A stretch of DNA of 64,000 nt from Flaccisagitta enflata (GCA_965153355.1 OZ231126.1:22816001-22880000), one strand, 5' to 3'; counted from the first letter of the stretch, positions 14,632 through 38,912 are shown. Notes: a model not told the origin generated them from the sequence alone. Made by a program: numbers and translations.

Positions 14632-15350
14632 TGTTTTTATAAGAACATATAATTTTTTTTCTGAGGCTCAGTGTTCTTATTTTTAAGTTAATTTGAGGCT
14701 CAAATTGTTCTTACGGTGTTCTTATTTTTCGAATTGCCAGCCAGAGCTAAAATGTCATACCCTCGGGTGATTTCTTGAATTTTGGTTAATTAGGTAACAA
14801 TCATTGCCCTTGATTACTTTTGGTAAGCTTTTGGCCTAGATTAGATGGGATGTTTTTCAGATTGTGTTTTATGGAAAACTAGGAGTGGTGCGCATATTAA
14901 CTAGTCAGTGAGGGTTCGCAAGGCCCTTTTCCATCTTTTTCAGTTTGAGTATACATAGGAGAATTCTCAGATCACTCATTGCTTAGGTGAGGCTTATATT
15001 ATCTTAGTCTTAGCCAGATTCGATTCTTTTTTCAAGATCATTTTTTTCTTGATTGAAAACTAGAAAAGTCCGTCACTCCTTAGGCTGAGAAGAGAAAAAA
15101 ATACTCTACTGGAATCCTTATTGGATAACTTATTCAGACAAGTATTTTGACCAGCCAAAGCAGGAAAAGAAATTAATCAAAGGTAAATAAAACAATTAAA
15201 AGAGTGAGGTTCATCATTTCAGATGGTGAGGGATATTGATCCACCTATCGTTCTTAGATTCCCTCAGATTTGAGGCTGACGATGTTCTTACAATTGTTCT
15301 TATTTTCTTCCTCATCTGAGCCTCAATGTTCTTATAAACAAGGTTCTTAG
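14632..15350. mobile_element. MITE-like element with TTTATAAGAAC / GTTCTTATAAA ends and TAAGAAC / CTGAGGC subterminal motifs
   Basis: Inverted terminal motifs, with related copies at ~18437-19005 and ~28066-28440. Boundaries are approximate. Confidence 0.45.
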
Positions 15351-15746
15351 TCAAACATATGAGTTAACAAATCATAAAACATGATAAGTAAAACACAATT
15401 CAACACTATTTAAACCATAATCACACAGTTTTATTGCTTTATGGGGAAGAAAACCATTGATTTTGTAACGAGACATGATGCGTCGCGGAGAAGAAAATCA
15501 AAGGCAGGGGGGGGGAAATAATCAAAGGTTGTGGAACTATATACACCCCTGAAGATAACACATCTATGGTTTCACCATATTTTTCACTGACTGCCGATGA
15601 ACATGATGCGCTTTGGGTGATTACAAGATTGAATTTGCTGAAGTAAATTTCATGTTACTTCCTAACATGTTAACTGTTTTTACACGCTTTTTGGGCAGCG
15701 GCCCCGGAGGGTTCAATGACCTATGGTTCCACACAGGGCAATTTTT

Positions 15747-16263
15747 GGGCAGCGGCCCCGAAGGGGACGAAGTCCTGTAGAACACAGGGGGACTTTCGTT
15801 CGTCATTCCGTTCGTCCGTCCGTTCGTCCGTTCGTCCCCCCCAGGCCCTCTCAGGCCTGAAATCTGCCCTTTCAGGCCTGAAATTTACCCTCTCAGGCCT
15901 GAAATCTGCCTCTCAGGCCTTGAATCTGCCCTCTCAGGCCTTAAATCTGCCCTCCCAGGCCTGAAATCTGTCCTCTCAGGCCTGAAATCTGCTCTCACAG
16001 ATTCAAGGCCTGAGAGGGCAGATTTCAGGTCTGAGAGGGTAAATTTCAGGCCTGAAAGGGCAGATTTCAGGCCTGAGAGGGCCTGGGGGGAACGGACGGA
16101 TGGATGGACGGAGGGACGGAATGACGAACGAAAGTCCCCCTGTGTTCTACAGGACTTCGTCCCCTACGGGGCCGCTGCCCTGCTTCCTCTCACTCCATTT
16201 CACAATCACGCAAGGCAGGGCAACGGGTATCGCTGACCACATATTGCCCTTGGGCGACCTGTT
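15747..16263 (+). mobile_element. Family-2 Helentron-like element, complete copy nested in a T-run of another copy
   Basis: Inverted arms gggcagcggccccgaaggggacgaagtcctgtagaacacagggg / cccctgtgttctacaggacttcgtcccctacggggccgctgccc, and the 3' tail ...ttgcccttgggcgacctgtt, which is shared with 29575-30247. Confidence 0.75.
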
Positions 16264-16662
16264 CTGATCTGATGTCTGTGTCCACCTCCCCCCCCAAAGC
16301 CCCAAATCAGGCCTCTCAGACCTCAAAGCAGGCCTCTCAGACCTCAAATCAGGCCTCTCAGACCCCAAATCAGGCCTCTCAGACCCCAAGTTAGGCTTTT
16401 CAGACCCCAAATCAGGTCTCTCAGACCTCAAAGCAGGCCTCTAAGACCTCAAATCCGGCCTATTAGACCCCAAATCAGGCCTCTCAGACCTCAAATCAGG
16501 CCTCTCACACCCCAAATCAGGCCTCTGGGATTCATAATCAGGCCTCTTGGATTCAAAATCAGGCCTCCCAGACCCCAAATCAGGCCTCTCAGACCTCAAA
16601 TCAAGCATCTGGGATCCCAAATCAGGCCTCTCAGACCCCAAATCAGGCCTCAGACCACATAT

Positions 16663-17273
16663 GACGCACTGAAATTAGATAAGGAAGAGTTTACCCAAAG
16701 GACTAAATTAACAATCGTATTACCATTTTTGCACAGGTCAGTGATTGATTTGTTATTTTCATAAATTAGATATGTAAACTTACATGAGGAAACCGATGTG
16801 TTACTTCAAATGACGAAGATACAAAAAGACTGAAGGAAACTCGCTTTTGAAGTGACAAAAAAGGTAAAAAAATTGATAACAACCGTTTCAGTAACTGCTT
16901 ATTGAAAATTTTAAATTTGCATAGATAATCAAAATATGAACAAAAGAAGAACATAGCGCGCTGAGTTGCTGATCTAGGAATCGCGCTATGTTCTTGTTTT
17001 GTCCATAATTTGATTTTCTATGCAAATTTAAAATTTTCAATGTGTCATGGTGATTTGACAAAAAAAGTTTTTACTGAAATTCAATTGTTTTTTCAGCCAT
17101 AAAATGAAAAATATGAGATCAAAACGGGCAAATGAAAGTTGATTCATGCAAAATATGTGTGTTGACAAGTTAATTGAAATTGTCAAACAAAAAATTTTCA
17201 TAAAATTTCATTCTACAAAAATCATGCTTCATCTGGGTCGGGTAGCAAACTCTACGATAATTTTCAGTGCGTC
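16663..17273. mobile_element. 611 bp TIR element with ATAT 4-bp TSD (Sola-like, tentative)
   Basis: ATAT|gacgcactgaaa ... tttcagtgcgtc|ATAT, with an internal palindrome of ~60-bp arms at ~16901-17040. Confidence 0.65.
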
Positions 17274-17405
17274 ATATCAGGCCTCTTAGGCCCCAACTCA
17301 GGCCTTTGGACTTCTTATCAGGCTTCTCACACCCCAAATCCGGCCTCTCAAACTACAAATTAGGCATCTGGGATCCCAAATCAGGCCTCTCAGACCCCAA
17401 ATCAG

Positions 17406-18155
17406 CAGGCTTTTTTTTAGAGCGAGCCCGCGGCTCTTTATTTTGCTGTCGGGCTCTCTTGTTTTGCTGGCTCTGAGCCCGGCTGGCTCTCTTAAAATTG
17501 AAACCATGTTTTGAACTCAGATAGAATGGAAGATTCTCGTAAAATCATGGGAAGAAAACCCAAGTTAAGAGTGACTAAAATGAACTTCTACCATAGTCAC
17601 CTCGTCAAATGAAAATTGAAGTAAAGCATCTCATTTTTTTCATATCTAATATTGATGGTATAAAAAGTTGGCATATGATGATTTTTTTCTGTTATGAGAA
17701 AAATTACCATTAAGATGACAGTGTCATGAGGCTCACATATTTTTGAAAAATAGAGCAAAATGTTCAGTATTTAAAGTCGTTTGTACGCCCTCCAGGCCTC
17801 AAATCAGCCCTCCGTGCCATAGATCTGCCCTACGCCAGCCTCCTAGACCTCAAATTTGCCTTCCAGGCTGGTCTGTCCGTTTGTTGATCCGTCCATTCAT
17901 TAGCCCATCTGTTGCTCTTTTGGTCGGTGACACTGATATTTTGGCATCGATAAGTGATTTTACTGTCACTTCTCCTGCCAAAATGTTTTGTAGCAAATTT
18001 CCTCACTACCCCTACCCACCATCACACAACTTAGGTAGCCTTCCATCCAGCATTGTTTCTTTTTGCCGGGCTCACTGTTTTGCCGTCGGGCTCTGTAAAA
18101 TTGTGAGGAGAGAGCCTGGTTGACTCTGCCAAAAAAATCACTAAAAAAAGGCCTG
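17406..18155. mobile_element. 750 bp hAT-type MITE
   Basis: Perfect 8-bp TSD CAAATCAG (17398-17405 and 18156-18163); TIR caggcttttttttag / ctaaaaaaaggcctg; subterminal GAGCCCG/CGGCTC motifs. Confidence 0.8.
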
Positions 18156-19398
18156 CAAATCAGGCCTCTCAGACCTCTTTTCAGGCTTCTTAAGCCTTAA
18201 CTCAGGCCTCCCAGACCTCTTATCAGGCCTCTCACACCCCAGATCAGACCTTATGGACCCCAGATCAGACCTATCAGACCCAAGATCATGCCTCCCAAAA
18301 CAAAATTGCCCTGTGTGGAATCATAGGTCATCGACCCCTCTGGGGCCGCTGCCCCATTACCCCAGCACTACAATACTAAATGATATCAATGGGGCATCGG
18401 GAACCGCTGACCATAATGACGCTTGAGGGGCCGGTCTTTTTATAAGAACACCGTTAATAAGAACATCAGCCTCAGATTGGGCCAAAAGATCTTAAAAATT
18501 TTAAAAATCTTAAGAATCTGAGCCTCAGATTTGAAGATAAGGATATTATATTTTGAAAAATAAACTAGTAAAATAAGATAGAATACCTTAAAAAGTTAAT
18601 ATCATAATAATGATTTTTTACAATAATTATTCATTGTTATAAAATATCAATCTTGATTATATCTTTATAAGGTATTAAACTACTATCATAATGAATTATA
18701 ATTGCATAATTATAAAACAAGGCCGGATACACAGCTACCCCAGTTGCGTGTGGGTGGACAGGGGCTATATTTGAGGTCACCAGAGCATTAGGGCAGGAGC
18801 AGTACAGTAAAAAAAAAAACATAAAAGAAATAAAGTGTGACCAACAGACCAACAGACCAACCGATGAACAAAGCGGGGTGAAGAGTTGCATAGCACGCAA
18901 CTAAAAGATTTCTAATTTAAAAAAAACACATGTTAAGAGCCTCAAAATAAGGTCAAAAATAAAAACACTGAGGCTCACTTCAAAAGTCCATGTTCTTACA
19001 AAATGAAAAGCGTTTAGTAGGCTGATATATTGACAATCTAAGGTGTGTTGACAACTATACTGAAGAGGCGTTTAAGGACCAAAGCGGGCCATTTTGAGGC
19101 CCGTGAAGCGAGGATGAATGGAGGAGGAACAAGGCCGTATACACGGCAGCCTTAGTCGCGGACGGGTGGGCAGGAGCGGAAAACATCAAAAAGTGACTTT
19201 GTTACCGACCGACGGACAGACGGACCGACGGACCGACAGACCGACCGAAAAGTGGCTTATAGAGTCGCGAGTCCGCGACTAAAAACGGATGTGTTTTGTC
19301 CCCTTCTAAATCTGTTTTAGGAGCTTTGGCTTCTTTTGGACCCCTGCTGAAAAATAAAGCAACATAGTTTTGATACAAACCAGTATATCAATGAGCAC

Positions 19399-20456
<1,058 letters not shown>

Positions 20457-20799
20457 ATGAGCAGGTGGCTGGTCTATGGAGACTTAAGTGAATATTGAAT
20501 TGATTGGTCACTGATTGGATTGTATACAGTTTGCAGCATATGGCCGGATACCGGATACACGGCTACCCCAGCCACTTGATCATTTAGGCAGGAGCAGTGA
20601 GGCCAAAGACCGCAAAAAAACAAAAAAAGTAAAGTGTGACGGGGCGACGGACGGACGGACCAACGGACGGACGGACGGACCAACAAAGCGGGGTGTAGAG
20701 TCGCGTAGCACGCGACTAAAGATTGATGTGATGCTCATTGAACGAACATTTAAAAGAACAACCTGATGCCTAAATAAAACTGCGTTGATTAGCTCTCTA

Positions 20800-21395
20800 C
20801 TATCTAGAACATAAGTATATCGACAGTAAGGGGATTGGTTAATTTAGCAGTATAGGAATCATAGAAAAACCGCTAAAACATGTCAGATACTTAATAATAC
20901 GTCTTTGGGTTTCAACACATATTTGTATGTGGATTTTCTAAGCACTTTAGCACAAATGCTTTGTATAAATGCATGATAACTATCCCTCATCAAATCTTAT
21001 TTAAAAAATTCCTTAGCGTATGCCATGTTTTCGCTTTTGCTTCAGTTGCAATCCTAATGATTCAGAGAGGTTGAAATCAACCAAGATAATGTAGCAAAGG
21101 TGTTGGGCGCTGTAATTAAGACCAAAAATAGGGTGGAAAAAACCTCCAATCTATCTGAAAGGAGACTTAGTAACTTGTAAAGAAACTAGATGCATTTTTT
21201 TGGCCGTTTTCTAATTGAGGTATCAATCTTGTTTTGCCTGTCAATTCTAAACGCCTTGAGCTAAAAGGATGCGGTTTGCGGTATTTGGTCAGAAATTTGA
21301 AATAGTTTCAGAATCTCACTGATTTTTATATAATTTTTTTTTCTTAACAGAGTTATTCCTTAAAATGCCTGTCGATATACATATGTTCTAGATAG
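20800..21395. mobile_element. 596 bp MITE, TA TSD, CTATCTAG TIR family
   Basis: TA|ctatctagaacataagtatatcgacag ... ctgtcgatatacatatgttctagatag|TA; the right part is homologous to 58629-59242. Confidence 0.8.
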
Positions 21396-21835
21396 TAACT
21401 GATTGCATCATGATTGATCACTGATAAAAGACGCATGAAAATTGCGGAAGGGAGACCTTCATCTCAAGTTCCAGTCAATAGTTTATTTGCTAAGAGCGAC
21501 AACCATTAGTAGTGTTACAGCAAATACACCGACAAGTTTGAGGCGATAGATGAAGCAGTGGCAGCTCTTGCAAGGAAAGAGAACTAAAGGTTGTTTACCT
21601 TAAGTAAACCACTAGAAGAAGGAGAAATTCCCCCTTATGCGAAAGCATAGGTCACCGGCCCCTATGGGGCCGCTGCCCAAAACTGATTGAATACAATAAA
21701 GGGAGCAGTGACAGCAAAAAAAAAAAGCTGTTTGAATGGACATATGGTGGTTTGAATTTTTGGTGGTTTGAATACTTTGCACCAGTTTGCAAAGTTCAGT
21801 TTGATAAGTATGTTTTCAGACGTTTGCATTTATTG

Positions 21836-24988
<3,153 letters not shown>

Positions 24989-25829
24989 TTTGTCAATTTG
25001 TATTCTTTTCTTAATTTTTACTTAAACATGATATCACCCGTTGAATGCTTTGGGAAATTTCGATAAAAGCAAAGAAAAAAAGAAAAGGACAAAAAGAGAG
25101 AGAGAGAAAAAAAAGAAAGATATAAACAAGGCCTCCGTAATGAAAGGCGCGTCAGTCCGTTTTAATCATGTGTAATGAAAAATGGCAAATGTAACTTGCA
25201 TGCGGCTCTAGTAGGAAATGTTGGCCGATCTGTCTGGCCTGTCTGTCCATCAGGTATTCCGTCTTTTTTTTATATTTTTTTTTCCTATATATGTTTCCCA
25301 ACTGACAAACTTTTATCCATTAGCTAGTAAGTGACAGTCACAATTCTAAAGATCAGAATCCGGAGTCAGTTTAAGTTAAAAACTTAAAGTAGAACTGTCT
25401 GAACATGTCCGTCTTTAGTATGCTCAGTCCGTTCAGTCGGTCAGTCTGTCTGCCTTTTGGCGGCTGCAGCGGCGTCTTTGCGTTCCTCGACCTTTGAAGG
25501 GAAAGATTTACGATCTCGGTTCGGAGGCCACACGCAGAGATGAGACCACAAAACAAAATAACAGTAAAATGAATGAAAAAATATACAGAGAGGTTTTTTA
25601 ATGAGTTTTGATAGATGGCAAATTGACGGAAGGTTTATGACCAAGGGTCCCAACATTTCATAAACAACGTGCTTTGTTGTGTCGCCAACTCAATTATCAA
25701 ATATAAACGTGTTAAATATGAGGTGAGGGTGCTGAATTAAGACATGTATCGAGAAAATTTGCGACTATTACTGTACTAGGAAATGCCAATATTTGGGGTG
25801 TAATTAACGATGTGTGTGTGTGTGTGTGT

Positions 25830-25988
<159 letters not shown>

Positions 25989-28900
25989 TGCAAATGTGTA
26001 AGTTCATGCCTTCAAGTCCAACCATGGCAGAGATACGTAGAGACAGTAACTGAATGAGACAGATCGGCAGACATAGCCTGACGCAGTGGGGCAGGTTGGC
26101 TGAAGATCTTTTTAAACCGACTGACCAACAGCGATACAAATTCAGGGAAACAAAGGGAGCAAAAGAGATAGAGATAACCGTTAACATCAAAACTTGATTT
26201 AATTTCCTCGGACAGGGGGACATCCTGTGGAGAGTATGACATGTAAAAGGTTTTTTTGATGAAAAAATTTACAAAATGGATTAAAATTGAATTCGTCTGC
26301 GTGATTCGTTGATCTATGGTCGACGACAAAATCGTCGCTCCAGGGGCCTCCAACTTGGGAAGTCCTTTTAATTCTTCGGGAGTCTTTTTTGAGGTATAAC
26401 TATTTAGTACAATGTACTTTAACATCAATAGGTTATTAAATTCAGTTGACGAAAGCTTTGTAGTTGTGGACACTCAAGTCTAGAACTCGCTGTGCCGGTC
26501 GGTCGGTCGGTTGGTCGGTCGGTCAGTAACCGTAACAAAATGTGAGCGTTTTTTTGCTAATCCGCTCCTGCCCACCCGTCCGCGACTGGGGAGGAGTGTA
26601 TACGGTCTTGTTACTTTCTAAAAACCCCTACTTAAGAGGCCATGTCTGTCGTTCTGTTTGTCTATCTGTCTGTCTCTAACGCTTTCATATGGCGATCCAC
26701 AGATCGGTCTCTTGGTCAAACTGGGTACACGTAAAATACTTGTACAGAGCCAGATCGGCGCCTGGTAACAGTGGGGATTGTCTTTGCATCCTAACAACAA
26801 GATTGGCCACGTTTTGTGGCCATATGATTGATTTTGTTCGTGGCCTCCACCCACCTCATTTCCCAAAACTTCAAGAAGGATATAGACCTCCATCACTCTT
26901 TATATTTGATATGTAATGGGAAATGAGGTGGGTGGTGGCCATGGGCAAAAACAATCACATGCCCGTAAAACTTTACACAGCTTGCAGATACAGCTTGCAG
27001 ACGTTACAGTAATTGTTTTATTGTTATTGTAATTCTGTTATTGTTATTGTTATCAAGAAGCCACGGTTTAATTCTTATCCAAGAAACTAAGCAGTGGATA
27101 TATTCTAATGAGCTATATCTTTAACTGGTCATCCAAGGATCGCACATGGTCAGCGGTACCCGATGCCCTGCTGGGAGTGATCCAGTGAAGAAGTGGAGTG
27201 AGAGCAGGGCAGCGGCCCCAAAGCCCAAAGGGCCGATGTACTGTAGAACACAGGGGCTTCCGTCCTTCCATCTGTCCTGAGGGGGCTCTAGATGGCTGAA
27301 TTAGGCCACTGAAGGCATATTTGAGGGCTGGAGGGTATAATTAAGGTTTGGAGGGCTGGTTTCATGCTTGAAGGGCTGATTGAAGGTCTGGAGGGCAGAT
27401 TTAAGGTCTAGAGGGCAGATTTGAGGCATGGGGGGCTGATTTGAAGCCAAGAGGGCTGATTTGAGGCCTCGAGGGCTAAATTGAGGCCTGGGAGGGCTAA
27501 TTTGAGGCTTTCATAGTCCATTGGGGGACGGACTGACGGAAAGAAGGAAGGACGGACGGACGTCTCAAAATGCTCTTTGTGGCCGCTGCCCAAAAAGGAA
27601 TGAATACTTTGAATGTTCTTCTGTTTCCTTACAAGGCCAGAAATGCTTACGGATGGGCAGGGGCAGAGAGATGCTTGGTTTCACATTTTTTCACACCGAC
27701 CAACGGACCAACGGACCGACAAACCTCTGTTCGCTAATAGTCATATGCCTTTTGTTTTTACTCATCATCGCCAAACTCGCGCTCTCTCTCACTAGATGAC
27801 CATAGATACCAAGGAAAATTGCACGTCGACTAATTCTAAACAAATGATCACATTTTCCCTCCACTGAAATTGTTTGGTGTAAGATTGGAATTGAGAAAAA
27901 TCAATACAACAAAAGACTGAATTTCTTATAACAATTATTCTTACTGCCATTGCTATCAGATCAGACCGCACAAGATCACCAAGTACAATTTTGCCGTTCG
28001 TATTAGACTAGGCTCAACTTGGGCAATAGAATGGGACATTACATTTTTTCTTATATAGGAACCTAGTTTATAAGAACAAAAGGCTTTGAATGGCCCTAAA
28101 AATAAGAATATCTCAAGAACATATATAATGTTTAAATCTTGAGAAAAAATTTTCCTTAAAGTAATATATACAGAACATTAATAAAACACTTGAATTTAAG
28201 TATTATAATAATATTTCACATCATGAAATTATCCCCAAAGTTAAATGTTTAGCATTTATTTTAACAGTAATTAATAGAAATATATTTAATATAATTGAGT
28301 AATTATATAATAAAGTTTCTTATAGTTCAGATCATAGAGTATTTTAGATCAGGAACGCTCTAAGAACGTTGAAGGTTTTATTTGGTCTAAAAAATAAGAA
28401 CATGAAGCCTTCAAAAAAAAAATGATGTTCTTATAAAACAAGTGACACGGGGTCACAATATCGTTGCAGACAGGTGGGCAGGGGCATCCAACCCGCAGCC
28501 TCACCCCAACCATACCCCTAACCCCCCTCCATCGCACTCACACAAAAACAATTCCAACTGCAGCATTGAAAACGCGTTTTTCGCGTTTTCAACTCAAACG
28601 TGACAACTCGAGCGTGACGGATGGTCTGACGGACTGACGGACGGACAAAGACTATCATAGAGTTGCGTGTCCGCAACTAAAAAAAAAGGTATTTGGGGTC
28701 CACGACTACTCAAAGCGTGATAAACTAGTAATTCATAAATAGTAAAAGGAATCAAAACTCGATTGGTAAAAAGTGTACAAAAGGTAAAATAAAATCAGAG
28801 TCAATACATAGCAGCCATGTACGCCCATAGTTTTCAAAACTAGAAATCTAGCATTGAATCTTTTTTTTATTCTTTTTCATTTTTGTTCAACTGATATGAG

Positions 28901-29223
28901 GATATTTCAACAAAGCCAAAATATCGAGAAAAACAAGGCCAACACCTTTAAGTCGCGTGCGAGACTTACAGATTGACTTAGAATGACTTAGAATGACTTA
29001 GAATAGCTTAGTATTTACCCTAAAATGACTTAAAATGACTTAAAAAAATAAAATTGATAAAAAAAAAAGAGTGTGACAGACCGACAGACCGACCGACCGA
29101 CGGAGGGACGGAGGGACGGACAAAGCGGGGTGTAGAAAAAATCCACAGGAGACGCTCCTGCTCCTGCGTTACGTCCTCATCTAATGTTGAATCATACCGT
29201 TACCGTGTCAAGTCACCCTCTCT

Positions 29224-35190
<5,967 letters not shown>

Positions 35191-36481
35191 TTTACCTTTC
35201 CTTTTAACTTCTCTAAAATTGTTTGTATATATACGGGAACTAACTAAAATCGAGAAAGGACGATGAGAACTTTGATACATTCATCACGCACTAAGACAGA
35301 TCACAGGTGTGAATCTAATTCGAGGGAGAAAATCAGATTGCCACGATAAGAATTTATTACAGTAAGTTCCATGTATACATGATCTCCAATGTTTACGGAA
35401 CATTATTTTTGACTATTACAGCGCGTTATAAACATTTCTTAAAAAACATTATCGTCCGTTGAACAACCCTTTGGAAGTTCTTATCTTTCTTGCTTCAGTA
35501 AAGCTAAGTCATAGTTTAGTAAAGATAGTTCTAACTTAAGCTTTATTTGCGAAAAGTAAAGCTAACAGTGGCAAAAGAAAAACGATCCCATTTCACTTTG
35601 TGTTAAATCATTGTTAATTTAAAAAGCAATATTCAATGTCACACTATTCACGATTTCAAACTTTTTAAAAGTTGACTTTGGGCAAATTAGAATATAGTTC
35701 AATATTGAAGAAATTCTCTAATCTCACTGTTTGTCAGTTTGCCAGTGATTCTCTGTTTACCAGTTTGCCAATGATTTTCCATGGCCGACCCCGCTTAAAT
35801 GTACGCGACTTAAAATTAGCAAGGGGATACCTAAAAATCTCACTTTTTTGGATAATATTGATAAAATAAGCCTGATAAGGTATTTTTAAAAGTATATCTT
35901 CAATGAAATATTGACCGGGAACAATCTTTATACAAACCAGACAATGATAACTAAACGGAATTTGAGTTAAAATAATCGTTCATTTCTTCTTTCTTCCTTC
36001 GACCAAAGTTGTCTTGCTCAGTAGTTTTCATTTAAATATGCTGAGGAAAGATGCGATCGGGAGAAGGGGTGCGCATTGCAGAAAATATTTTTTGAAAACA
36101 GTTTTCAACAGTACTAAGTCTACTCAATCACATATGTGTGAATCGCGTGTATGGAAGAATTTCGAGACTCTATTCATTCAAAGTTGATAGTTTTTTCAGC
36201 ATTTTCTCAGGATTCCGTTTCTTGTTTTTTCTCGTTTTTTTCAATGTTGCTTGATTGTCTCAGGTGTGTTTTGACGTATATCTGCCCATGTGAGCATATA
36301 TAAAGCTTTTAACCATGTTTTCACCATTTATCTTAAGTATATCAAACTCATTTTTACGCACAAATTAGACATTTTTCAACGATAGATCACAAGGTTTTGA
36401 ACAGTTACGTGTCCGGTCTCTACTTAAATCGCTAGCCATATGAATCTGTTACGGCCTTATGGTTCAATGCGTGAGATCAAA

Positions 36482-36981
36482 TTACACTCTTTCCCACATT
36501 CTGAAATTCCTCATTGTCGTCCAGCCACCAGTTTGTGCGGCATGATTACTTAAAACCCTCATCCCCAGGCAACGGAATTTCTCCTTCATTTCAGGCTTGA
36601 CTCGGCAGAATCGGACCACACTTGATCTTTAAGGCTGTTTCGGCGAAGTAGTTTTTTAAGCGCAAAATAATCCAATGACGGAAAGGTTATGATTTTCTTT
36701 TTTACCTAAGCCTTTTTAACTTTGGTTAATGCGAAATTTAGGTAGATTTCCTTTGCTAGATTTCTTTCAGCCTCATATTCAACTTCGTGGATAAGTCGAG
36801 TGTGGGACTTCCCACTCATTCTTGAATGGTCGATCGGAGAGATCTTCACAGAGGACGGTCCAAGTCGCGAAATCGTCGCACACGACGTCATTTGAGCCCA
36901 CAAATTGGAAGGATGAAGGCGCTCGCTCCACGTATCTGAATTCTTGAGCAGGTTGGAAAGACATCTGCAAATGATAGCACA

Positions 36982-37071
<90 letters not shown>

Positions 37072-37642
37072 GATCATATTCAGTTTCAACAAAAAGTTTC
37101 CATTCTTGAAATAAGTTTGAATTGAAAATCCAAATGAGGCAAGTTTAAATGGATGAGATAAAATTGAAAATATCTGGTACCTATTTTGGTCATTACCTCA
37201 GCTGGTCTGAAGCTTTCCGATTTAAAATCGTACCAGATCATGACTGGCAGTGGATTTGCCCGTCCTTCGACAGAACCAGTGTGCCAACCCTTTCCCACTC
37301 GGATGTTGTGCTTAAAGGCCATCTCCGGTCTCCATGGGTTGGAATGGAATGACGAAGCACCAGCCTCACCCGAACCAAATTTAATTTCTTTCATGCGATT
37401 TCCTTAATAAGAAGCGCGGGGAATTAGAACAGGTGAGAGCGTTTGCAACCAATCTTTGAATGAGGCCGGATACGCGGTACCCCAATCCCCAGTCATGAAC
37501 GCTTGGGCTTAATAGGAATCGCAAAACTAACGAATTATTTTGCAAACTCGCATTGCAACTTACCCAAAGCTTGGGGCAGCTCTTCGCTTTTAGAAATCAC
37601 AACAATAAGAAACGCCAAGGCGAGTTGAAAACAGGAGTGCAT
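36482..37642 (-). pseudogene. Secreted F5/8-type-C-like domain gene, paralogue 2 (191 aa if intact), last exon interrupted by a 188-bp MITE; exons 37642-37564, 37402-37197, 36964-36482
   Basis: Signal exon MHSCFQLALAFLIVVISKSEELPQAL with donor G|GTAAGT. Exon 2 is 206 nt, as in paralogue 1 (AAG acceptor). Exon 3 minus the 192-nt insert+TSD is 291 nt, as in paralogue 1, and reads ...NEWEV|RFCRVKPEMKEKFRCLGMRVLSNHAAQTGGWTTMRNFRMWERV*. The insert introduces a stop at 36779. Confidence 0.82.
36617..36804. mobile_element. 188 bp MITE, CAC...GTG termini, 4-bp TSD (Chapaev/CMC-like)
   Basis: GGAC|cacacttga ... tcgagtgtg|GGAC; the precise insertion is defined by the interrupted exon. Confidence 0.85.
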
Positions 37643-37683
37643 TCTGGAATGTTGCTATGCAAATCAGCTGTGTTCTCGTGGAA

Positions 37684-38298
37684 CACCATCCGTTCAAACT
37701 ATCGCCAGGTGGTTTTGAGGAGTACTCTGGATTTTCTGCTTGTTTACACTCAGGATGGACTTCCTGAACTAGGATCCAGCTTCAAAGAAATCTTCCTTGT
37801 GGCGCTTTTTGAGAAAAATCCAAAATTGATAGTTTTTCATCTTACTATGCACTTAGAATTTATTGAATTATTAGAAAGTCTTTTTAAATAGCGTATTTGA
37901 ATTCCTGATATAATTTCCTTTCAATTGATAGGTCACACAGTTTATTTTCACAAAAAAATTAAATTTTCATTTTTTAAGCCACCGTTACATTTTGCAATGG
38001 TAGCTAAAAAAAAGAAAATTTTATTCTATTTTAAAAATATCTAGTGCGACCTATCAAATGAAAGGAAATTTCATCAGAAATTCAAATCTGTTATCAAAAA
38101 ATATTTTCTATAAGCCCTATAAATTCTGAATGCAGAATTTGATGAAATATTATAAATTTGAACTTTTTTAAAAAGGCGCCACAAGAAAGATTTCTTTGAA
38201 GCTGGATCCTAGTTCAGGAAGTCCATCCAGAGTGAAAACAAGCAAAAAAATCCAGAGTACTACTCAAAACCACCTGGCGGTAGTTTGAATGGATGGTG
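37684..38298. mobile_element. 615 bp foldback MITE, CAC...GTG termini, 4-bp TSD (Chapaev/CMC-like)
   Basis: GGAA|caccatccgttcaaactatcgccaggtgg ... ccacctggcggtagtttgaatggatggtg|GGAA; the inverted arms extend almost to the centre. Confidence 0.85.
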
Positions 38299-38525
38299 GG
38301 AAAGAAAGTAGAGTGAATACAGCTCGTGCATGAGTAGCCCGGCTGCCAGACTATGTTAAGTAACGGCGTGCTGTACTGATCGTAAGAATCTCGTAAATGA
38401 AGAGCATGGTGGGCAGGGGTCATTTGGGCAGGAGCAGTGAGGCCAAAGACCGCAAATACCAAAAAAAAAAGTAAAGTGTGACGGACCCACAGACCGACAA
38501 AGAGTCGCGTAGCACTCGACTAAAA

Positions 38526-38594
<69 letters not shown>

Positions 38595-38871
38595 TGAATA
38601 TGATGATAATGTTGATTTGCTGATAATGAAGCTGTGGTGGTGGTGATGATGATGATGGAGATGACGACGATGATGATGACGTAATGATGATGAGGATGTA
38701 ATGATGATGAGGATGATGATGATGATGATGAGGATGATGATAATGATGATGATGATCACGATGATTGATGATGAGGATTATGATGATGATAATGATGACA
38801 ATGACGATGACGATTTTCATATGATGATAATGATGATGGTAATGATGATGATGCTGATGATGAAGATGATA

Positions 38872-38912
<41 letters not shown>

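Larger units (their letters stand above)
15693..18436 (+). mobile_element. Family-2 Helentron-like element hosting three nested insertions
   Basis: The 5' arm gggcagcggccccggagggttcaatgacctatggttccacacagggcaatt pairs with aattgccctgtgtggaatcataggtcatcgacccctctggggccgctgccc at ~18304-18355. The 21-bp AAATCAGGCCTCTCAGACCCC minisatellite resumes after each insert. Confidence 0.7.

Noticed and set aside
26012-26473. 153-aa minus-strand ORF in unique sequence
   Set aside because: GTG start, no recognisable motif and no consistent exon partners; it cannot be supported.
36617-36804. The MITE as an introner-like spliceable insertion
   Set aside because: Using the GT in the TSD, the three nearest AGs leave 4 or 10 nt (frameshift) or 18 nt containing a stop.
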